This document shows, in pieces, positions 57,799-64,000 of a stretch of DNA of 64,000 nucleotides (its first letter is position 1; each line of letters opens with the position of its first letter). A program made the position numbers and the translations under genes. Source of the DNA: a virus; the IMG/VR virus record IMGVR_UViG_3300044991_002272. One strand, 5' to 3'. The notes beneath the pieces were generated by a model. The model was not told the origin of the DNA, searched no databases, and worked only from the letters and a program-made list of their open reading frames with translations.

Positions 57799-60564
57799 AT
57801 GGCAACCTTAAAACAAACAGTCAATCTGCCAGGTGCTTATGAACTAGACCCAGGAGGCTTACGCGCAACATGGGATAAAATTTATCTTGGCCTAATACGA
57901 GACGTAAATGATGCTCGCAACATGGGACGTATCCGAGTTTGGATACCAGAATTAGGAGGACTAATTGATAATTCTGCAAATTGGATTATTTGTGATTACG
58001 CCAGTCCATTTGCTGGGGCATCAAACGTAGCTGATGTAAACCTAAATCCCACAAGCTCACAAACAGACTATGGTATGACATTCATACCACCTGATCTCAA
58101 TAACCAAGTGCTGGTTTGTTTCATAAATGGCGATCCCAGTCGTGGCGTTTGGTTTGGATGTTTGTTCCAAGTTGACCGCAATCATATGACTCCCAGCACT
58201 CCTGGTAGTAGCCCCTCAAAAGAAAACAAAAACATCTTAACTGGTGGACAACCCATCTTCAAAGACAGTTATGATTTTGCCAAGGAAGCAGGAGTTCCAG
58301 AACTGCCTATTGAACAAGGTGGACCAGCTCCTCGAGGTATGCAACAAGGTATTCGCACCATGGGTTGGCGAACCCCATATGGGCACACTATGGTTTATGA
58401 CGACACTCCAACAGACGCTTTTATCCGATTGCAAACTCGTGGCCTAGCTCAGATTGTTATTCATGATACAAAAGATAGGATCATAATCAACACTGGTCCA
58501 AACAGAGCCAGAATAGAGATGGACAAAGAAGGCAACATTGATATTTTTGGACAAAAAAGCGTCAGTGTCAGTGCCGGACAAGACATCAATCTACATGCTG
58601 ACAGAGATGTGAATATTGAAGCTGGTGGCAGCATCAAAATGAGAAGCCTAGATGAAACACGCATGTTCAGCAAAAAGCCCTTCAACATCAGCAGTGGTGG
58701 AGATGTTTTGTTGTTCAGTCAAGGAAATATGCATCTTGTAAGTAATTCAAATATCTACAACACTGCTGTAGGAAGCCTGCAATACAGAAGCAATTATGGC
58801 ATATTTCTCACCACTCAAGAAAGCAACATTGACATCAAAAACTTGACTGGTAATATTCGCTTGTTTGCAGGAGGCAATGTTGATGCCAGCAGCACAGGTG
58901 ACGTAAGGTTAAGAAGCACAAATGGCAACTTAAATTTAGTTGCCAGTGCTGATGTCAAAATCCAAAGCACAGGTACCTTGAATTTAGTAGGTGGTGCTGA
59001 TGTCAAAGTTCAAGGCAATGGATCTGTAAACTTGCGTTCTGGTGCAGGAAGTGTGAACACTGGTCCAAAAACAGTCTTGAATGTTGCTAATTTACCAGAT
59101 GCAGCCAAGCCCACCAATCCAGATAATCCCATAACTGCTGTACCAGGAGTAGTTGCATTATCGCCTGACATTCGAACGGAAGAAAGAGTGCAGTTGCAGA
59201 ATGTAGTGAGTCCTGCAAGAAGCATTCAGATTGTTCAAACTATTGTCAGCAGACTGCCAGGAGCTGATCCTTGGAGACAGCGCAGTGTTTCAGGCCCAGG
59301 TTATTCCAACACAGGCTTAGTGCAGAGGAAAACCACTCCACCTGAAAGCACTTACAAAGTGGGGCAAGTGAGTCCAGCACAAGACAAACCACTTCAAGTA
59401 TATGGAATAGTGAATGGCCAAACTGGCTTGCACATTGGGCAAATTTGGGACGAAGGTGGGACTCCACAATATGAATTCAAACCGTTGGGTCCTAGAGTAT
59501 TGCTCCCCTCCACAGAGTGGACAGTTAACAACCGTGGTATTCAAATCATAATTGATCATGAAGGTTTGGGTGGCAATTTGATTGGCAAGCCCTTTGACGA
59601 TGCATGCAAAAGCGGGCAAAAGCTGTTGGGTTATGGTCATTTGTTATCAAGTGAAGAACTTCAAAACAACACAGTTACCTTGAATGCAACAGACGATTCT
59701 GGCACTCAGATCAGCACGCAATTGAATGTTGGAGAGGGTATAAGCGAAACCAATATGAAGGTGTTGTTGAAAACAGACATCAAAAAAATTGAAGGCAAGA
59801 TTCACAGCAGCATTGGTAGCAACCTATTAACACAAGATCAGTTCAATAGTTTAGCAGACTTCATCTACAACATTGGCTCTGACAACTTTGACAAGAGCGG
59901 CATCACTGGCATGATCAGCAGTGGAGACTACAACAAAGTTCCAAATGAAATGAGTCGATGGATTTTGGCTTGTAACAACCAAGAAAAGTTTGAACTCAAA
60001 ACTCGCCGACTCAACAACGCATTTTTGTTCAGTGGACAAGCTAGACCTGATGCAGACTTCAGTGCCACAGCAAGTGGGGCTGGCAAAGGATTTGATTCCA
60101 ATCAAGCCAAAAAAGCTTGGTGTTACTTGAGGGGCAAAGGCTATCAACCCGAACACATTGCTGGCTTGCTGGGCAATTTCACTATTGAAAGTGCCTTGAA
60201 TCCCAGAGTGGACAGCAACCCCACCTTCAAAGGCTTGGCTCAGTGGAATTCCGATCGTTTCAAAAATATGCCGCGGGCTATTGGTGTAAGTTGGCCACAA
60301 TTGAGTCAACTATCAAACGACACTGCCTTGTATAAAAGCCTAGACTTTGTGGATTGGGAATTCAAGAACACACATCGCAGTGCCTACTCCAAGATGTTGG
60401 CAACCAACAGTCCTGAGTCAGCAGCTAGAGCAGTAAATGAATACTACGAGATCAGTTCATCAGGGCTGTTGGGACGGCAGGGAACAATTACCCCAGAAGC
60501 TCAAAACAGATTCAATACAGCAAAGACCATTTTTGATCAACTGAATGGAACTCAGTGCGGCTAA
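57799..60564 (+). CDS. Baseplate central spike / tail lysozyme (T4 gp5-like) with two muralytic domains
   Basis: OB fold (MGRIRVWIPELG, PPDLNNQVLVCF), beta-helix repeats, GH24-like DHEG...GYGH...QFNSLADFIYNIG, then IAGLLGNFTIES tail-lysozyme domain. Confidence 0.9.
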   Translation: MATLKQTVNLPGAYELDPGGLRATWDKIYLGLIRDVNDARNMGRIRVWIPELGGLIDNSANWIICDYASPFAGASNVADVNLNPTSSQTDYGMTFIPPDLNNQVLVCFINGDPSRGVWFGCLFQVDRNHMTPSTPGSSPSKENKNILTGGQPIFKDSYDFAKEAGVPELPIEQGGPAPRGMQQGIRTMGWRTPYGHTMVYDDTPTDAFIRLQTRGLAQIVIHDTKDRIIINTGPNRARIEMDKEGNIDIFGQKSVSVSAGQDINLHADRDVNIEAGGSIKMRSLDETRMFSKKPFNISSGGDVLLFSQGNMHLVSNSNIYNTAVGSLQYRSNYGIFLTTQESNIDIKNLTGNIRLFAGGNVDASSTGDVRLRSTNGNLNLVASADVKIQSTGTLNLVGGADVKVQGNGSVNLRSGAGSVNTGPKTVLNVANLPDAAKPTNPDNPITAVPGVVALSPDIRTEERVQLQNVVSPARSIQIVQTIVSRLPGADPWRQRSVSGPGYSNTGLVQRKTTPPESTYKVGQVSPAQDKPLQVYGIVNGQTGLHIGQIWDEGGTPQYEFKPLGPRVLLPSTEWTVNNRGIQIIIDHEGLGGNLIGKPFDDACKSGQKLLGYGHLLSSEELQNNTVTLNATDDSGTQISTQLNVGEGISETNMKVLLKTDIKKIEGKIHSSIGSNLLTQDQFNSLADFIYNIGSDNFDKSGITGMISSGDYNKVPNEMSRWILACNNQEKFELKTRRLNNAFLFSGQARPDADFSATASGAGKGFDSNQAKKAWCYLRGKGYQPEHIAGLLGNFTIESALNPRVDSNPTFKGLAQWNSDRFKNMPRAIGVSWPQLSQLSNDTALYKSLDFVDWEFKNTHRSAYSKMLATNSPESAARAVNEYYEISSSGLLGRQGTITPEAQNRFNTAKTIFDQLNGTQCG

Positions 60565-61784
60565 GTTTGTTGCACTGAGATTCCAGGAGGAATAAGGCCA
60601 GCCACTGCACTGCCTAGTCCCAAAATGGGACTTAACACCAGCCCAATAAATGTGCAAAAGGTGAAGGGAATGTATTTGAAAATTTCTTTGAGTATGGGAA
60701 CAAACTTCAAGATAGCTTTGAAGAACCCCACGACAAGCTTCATCCACAGTTCCAATATCAGAGTAGGAATTTGTTCAAACAAGTCTTTCACAGCCTGCAT
60801 GATGCTGTTGAAGCGGGTTTCCTTGCTCTCAAGATTGAGATCTTTGGGTGGGTCAGATATTTTGAGAAGCTGTTTGACTTTTGTGGGAAAGGGCCAAGCT
60901 ATGAATTTTAACAATGGACCAAATGTTTTGTCCAAAAAGTTTTTTATATCAAACTCCAGGAAGTAATCAATCATGCGCTGCATTTTTTCATTAGCACTGA
61001 TAGCCAAGTCTTTGATGGGTTGCCACACACTATTGAAAAGCTCTTCAAAATTTAGCGCCACCAAATTGGGAAGGTCTGGTAAGCGCAGGGCTTGCCAAAT
61101 TTGTCTGATGGGTTCAGTCAAAGCTCTTAGTGCTCGGAAACCTCTGTTGATCAAGCTCAATAAACCTTTGTGGAACTCACTCCATACTCTACTGATTAGG
61201 CTTTGTTGGCGCATTTCATCGTTCTTCAAACCCAATGTTCCATCAAATGTGATATTCCAAGGTAGGCCCAAGGCTCTTGCTATTTGATCTTGGCGAGCGC
61301 CAATTGCAGCTCTTATTTTAGCTCTACCCTCTGCACTAAGAAGATCACGCACTGTACAGTTGGGCAGGAACGGCAAAGGTATATTCAAAAAGCTTAAGTT
61401 GGGAATAATTCTGCCCAAAATGTCCAATAACTTGAGCTCCAAATAGAGTTTGAACTCGTTAAACAGTGCCCGCAGCCGTACACCCATTTCTTGTTCTGGG
61501 ACTTTGAGGTTAGGGCCGTATACGGGATTGCCAACGCTACCTAGTGTGGTCCCAAAGGTTTTGTCAAATAATTTTAGTAAACTGTCTATCGCATCAGAAA
61601 TTTGTTTGGCTGTGGCAATAACAGTGCATTGAGCTATCCTACCCAATTGCCCTGGTATGCTGCCTAAACCTCTGCCAAACTCATCAAGATTGTTGAAATT
61701 AGGTAATACACCATCAGTGCATTCAAACTTTGGAAATGTAACTGTGAGGCTCACGCCTTGGCACGGATCTATTGGTTGATTCAT
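60561..61784 (-). CDS. Hypothetical late protein
   Basis: 407-aa ORF with TAAATA directly upstream. Confidence 0.65.
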   Translation of the reverse strand: MNQPIDPCQGVSLTVTFPKFECTDGVLPNFNNLDEFGRGLGSIPGQLGRIAQCTVIATAKQISDAIDSLLKLFDKTFGTTLGSVGNPVYGPNLKVPEQEMGVRLRALFNEFKLYLELKLLDILGRIIPNLSFLNIPLPFLPNCTVRDLLSAEGRAKIRAAIGARQDQIARALGLPWNITFDGTLGLKNDEMRQQSLISRVWSEFHKGLLSLINRGFRALRALTEPIRQIWQALRLPDLPNLVALNFEELFNSVWQPIKDLAISANEKMQRMIDYFLEFDIKNFLDKTFGPLLKFIAWPFPTKVKQLLKISDPPKDLNLESKETRFNSIMQAVKDLFEQIPTLILELWMKLVVGFFKAILKFVPILKEIFKYIPFTFCTFIGLVLSPILGLGSAVAGLIPPGISVQQT

Positions 61785-61833
61785 AACACTTATTTAAATT
61801 GACAATCACTCTTGGAAAAAATTAAAAGGAGGT

Positions 61834-62517
61834 ATGAATTTCAATACATGGCTAGTTACAAGCACAATCAACACAGAGTTTAGTGTTTGGTCGCCAAAAC
61901 AAAGGCTGGATCAAACTCTACAAACCCTAAAAAGTATTCGACAAACTGATGCGTCAGCCAAAGTAATTTTTGTAGACAATAGCATTGAACCACTAGACCA
62001 AAGCATGCAACTACTATTGCTGCCCTATACTGATGTTTTTCATCAATTCAAGCATCATGTTTTTTCAACCGTTTGTAATACAACAGACTTCAACAAAGGC
62101 GCTGGTGAAATTTTGATGACAGATGTGGGGTTGGACATTGCTGTTAAAAACAGCTTGTTGGGTAAAAGGCTCTTCAAAATGTGCGGGCGGTATATCTTAT
62201 CACACAAATTTAACACCAGTTACTATGACAGGCTAGAGTTTGAAGGAAAGTATGTGTATAAAAATACTTTTTGGGAATATGAAACTCACAATCACAAAAC
62301 TATAAAACAATTTCTTGAAACCAAATTGTGGAGCATGTGCAGCAGCTTGATTCCAGAATATAAAGCCCTATTACCTAAAATATTGGAATTTATGCTACGC
62401 AACAACGAGAACATTGAAGTATCAACTGACAAATTGCTGCCTGTAGACAAAAAGATAGCTATTGATCAGCTACATGTCACTGGTTTGTATGCCACCGGCC
62501 TGTATGTAGAGGCATAA
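61834..62517 (+). CDS. Hypothetical protein, glycosyltransferase-like
   Basis: WLVTSTI, IFVDNS, KGAGE, RLFKMCGRY; AGGAGG RBS. Confidence 0.55.
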   Translation: MNFNTWLVTSTINTEFSVWSPKQRLDQTLQTLKSIRQTDASAKVIFVDNSIEPLDQSMQLLLLPYTDVFHQFKHHVFSTVCNTTDFNKGAGEILMTDVGLDIAVKNSLLGKRLFKMCGRYILSHKFNTSYYDRLEFEGKYVYKNTFWEYETHNHKTIKQFLETKLWSMCSSLIPEYKALLPKILEFMLRNNENIEVSTDKLLPVDKKIAIDQLHVTGLYATGLYVEA

Positions 62518-62523
62518 CATATC

Positions 62524-63189
62524 TTAAAAATCACAAATTTTCCTGATTGAGTTCAAGTAAAAATACTTGCATAACCAAGACTGAACATAGCTGTGTTCCT
62601 TGCATGACAAGAACTCACCTGGCGTCCTGGGTCCCCAATCTCGTTGTTTAAAACTGTCGGGCAATCTTTTATACATCTCAGTTGTGTTGACTGCATCCGG
62701 CCAACTTATCCATTTTTCTTGAAAATAGCTTATGCCAGGATATTGTCCTGAAGGGGCCCAAGTGCTGGGGGCCCAGAAATACTCAGCCTCTTGTGTAATA
62801 TAGCAGGCTAGATTGTTGCCAATCAATCGCAATATGAAATCATCGTCTTCAAAGCCTCCAGGAAACTTCTCGTCCAAGCCACCTATTTGCCTAAACAATT
62901 CCTTTTTGATACCAAAAAAACGGAAATCATACAACGCCACAAAGGCAAACCCTTCATCCAGCTTTTGTAACATCAATTGAATATTCTCGTCAGAGGGGGC
63001 AATGCGATTACAAAGTATGATAGTTGTTTCTGTAGGACTCTGGTGAACACAATCGTTCACCAGCAGGGAAAAACTGGGATAATTGCTGCCATTGAACCAA
63101 TTCACTGTATTGTTTTGTAATTTGCTGTTGGCAAATTGTAAATCGTCAAAATTTTGTGAAATAAGCCAAATGGAATAATCAAGTGTCAT
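62524..63189 (-). CDS. Glycosyltransferase family 2-like protein
   Basis: FFGIKKELFRQIGGLDEKFPGGFEDDDFILR is a typical GT2 C-terminal motif. Confidence 0.7.
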   Translation of the reverse strand: MTLDYSIWLISQNFDDLQFANSKLQNNTVNWFNGSNYPSFSLLVNDCVHQSPTETTIILCNRIAPSDENIQLMLQKLDEGFAFVALYDFRFFGIKKELFRQIGGLDEKFPGGFEDDDFILRLIGNNLACYITQEAEYFWAPSTWAPSGQYPGISYFQEKWISWPDAVNTTEMYKRLPDSFKQRDWGPRTPGEFLSCKEHSYVQSWLCKYFYLNSIRKICDF

Positions 63190-63195
63190 ACTTAA

Positions 63196-63224
63196 AGCGT
63201 ATCAGAAACCCCAAAGGTTGTCAA
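63196..63224 (-). promoter_or_regulatory. Sigma70-type promoter
   Basis: TTGACA-17 nt-TACGCT on the minus strand, a few nt upstream of the 63189 start. Confidence 0.6.
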
Positions 63225-63228
63225 TATG

Positions 63229-63471
63229 CTACCTTCCCCACAAGAGGGCAAACAAGCTGGCATCCTCTTGGCTCCGAAAGCTCACCCAAATTTTTTCATA
63301 ATGTTGGTGAGATGACAGAGAACGATAGCTCCATCGGCTACTTGCTTTGAAAAAGTCCGGTTGGCCCAAGGTATCTATCAACCACAGCAGCATGTTTTCG
63401 TGCTCAGCAAGAGACATGCCTTCCAGCACTACCATATGTGGCCATTGAGGCAAGACTGTGGTCTCATACAT
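63229..63471 (-). CDS. Small hypothetical protein (F.x.EDA.LF.L.W family)
   Basis: Ends SFRSQEDASLFALLWGR; paralog of the adjacent gene. Confidence 0.65.
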   Translation of the reverse strand: MYETTVLPQWPHMVVLEGMSLAEHENMLLWLIDTLGQPDFFKASSRWSYRSLSSHQHYEKIWVSFRSQEDASLFALLWGR

Positions 63472-63474
63472 GCG

Positions 63475-63723
63475 CTAGGTCCACGTCAACCTGAACAGAA
63501 GTGCATCTTCCTCACGCTCAAACACCAGTTGATATCGTTTGGGGTTGACACCACTGTGCCACTGGAGCCAGTAGCTGCCTCCAGGTGTCTTCTTCAGCCA
63601 ACTCCATCGCAGCTCGCCCAACACGTCCAAAAGATGGGGCAAAGGCACTGGGTTGTTTGCCTCAATAGGCACCTCGTGCCACTGGCTGTAGTCCGCTTCC
63701 AGATCCCGGTTAACCCGCTGCAC
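63475..63723 (-). CDS. Small hypothetical protein (same family)
   Basis: Ends VFEREEDALLFRLTWT. Confidence 0.65.
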   Translation of the reverse strand: MQRVNRDLEADYSQWHEVPIEANNPVPLPHLLDVLGELRWSWLKKTPGGSYWLQWHSGVNPKRYQLVFEREEDALLFRLTWT

Positions 63724-64000
63724 GCAAGTCCACTGTGTTCACCACAGCCCCACCATCCAATCCCGCATCCAGCACCTGCCCCTTGCTGAACAGCATGTCT
63801 GCCATCAGCTCTTCGATAGTATTTTCAGCCACCAAGTTGAAAATCGTAACCTGGTCGCTAGTTTGACCAATGCGGTGCACACGGTCGGCACACTGCTGAA
63901 TTTCTCCAGGGCTCCACGGCGTCTGCACAAACGCCACCGCATTTGCAGCCGTAAGAGTCAATCCAAATCCCCCTGCCGTAATCGAAACCAAAATCACTCG
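63710..64000 (-). CDS. SNF2-family helicase, C-terminal fragment (5' end outside window)
   Basis: GGFGLTLTAA, PWSPGEIQQCADRVHRIGQ, NTIEE. Confidence 0.93.
   Translation of the reverse strand, partial: RVILVSITAGGFGLTLTAANAVAFVQTPWSPGEIQQCADRVHRIGQTSDQVTIFNLVAENTIEELMADMLFSKGQVLDAGLDGGAVVNTVDLRAAG

Larger units (their letters stand above)
2381..61796. promoter_or_regulatory. Dispersed set of about 20 T4-like late promoters (core TAAATA)
   Basis: Minus-strand hits at 2381, 4505, 4889, 10396, 12149, 30475, 31894, 32185, 38240, 40028, 54107, 61791; plus-strand hits at 4959, 19103, 20238, 21104, 23460, 26393, 42409, 48334, 51005, 54136; each shortly upstream of a start on the correct strand. Confidence 0.85.

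Noticed and set aside
1-64000. CRISPR array
   Set aside because: No run of three or more equal-length repeats with unique spacers was seen; the repeats present are coding (collagen, acidic tracts) or two-copy
1-64000. tRNA, tmRNA, RNase P or rRNA genes
   Set aside because: No cloverleaf with T-loop GTTC(G/A)A context or other hallmark motifs recognised in the intergenic gaps by eye; a covariance search could still find divergent ones
1-64000. Stop-codon reassignment (alternative genetic code)
   Set aside because: Core genes are full-length in the standard code, and TAG, TGA and TAA all terminate genes at expected positions

Overview
A 64-kb segment of a large T4-superfamily (jumbo-type) myophage genome, holding most of the virion morphogenesis module. 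Structural genes: portal, prohead protease, scaffold/core proteins, major capsid protein, neck, tail tube, a 1232-aa sheath, tape measure, baseplate hub/wedge, a gp5-like tail lysozyme and collagen-like fibres. It also has the gp55-like late sigma factor with gp47/gp46 (SbcD/SbcC), an endolysin and four free-standing endonuclease genes. Accessory genes are pstS, a CCA-type nucleotidyltransferase, a 2OG-Fe(II) oxygenase, an FkbM methyltransferase, glycosyltransferase-like genes and a split helicase/methyltransferase cluster. About 20 TAAATA late-promoter motifs sit just upstream of start codons. Best leads: (1) a roughly 500-nt hairpin-dense non-coding region directly downstream of a 269-aa ORF that resembles a TnpB recognition lobe without RuvC; (2) a late 739-aa protein joining ligase-like, HxGH nucleotidyltransferase and Acb1-like 2H domains, with prohead-protease-type sites at the domain junctions; (3) a canonical -1 frameshift signal joining gp26-like and gp51-like ORFs; (4) a collagen-fibre paralog split at a perfect hairpin; (5) a 100-aa cassette flanked by a 13-bp direct repeat inside the prohead core protein. 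All product calls come from motifs recognised by eye; no searches were run.
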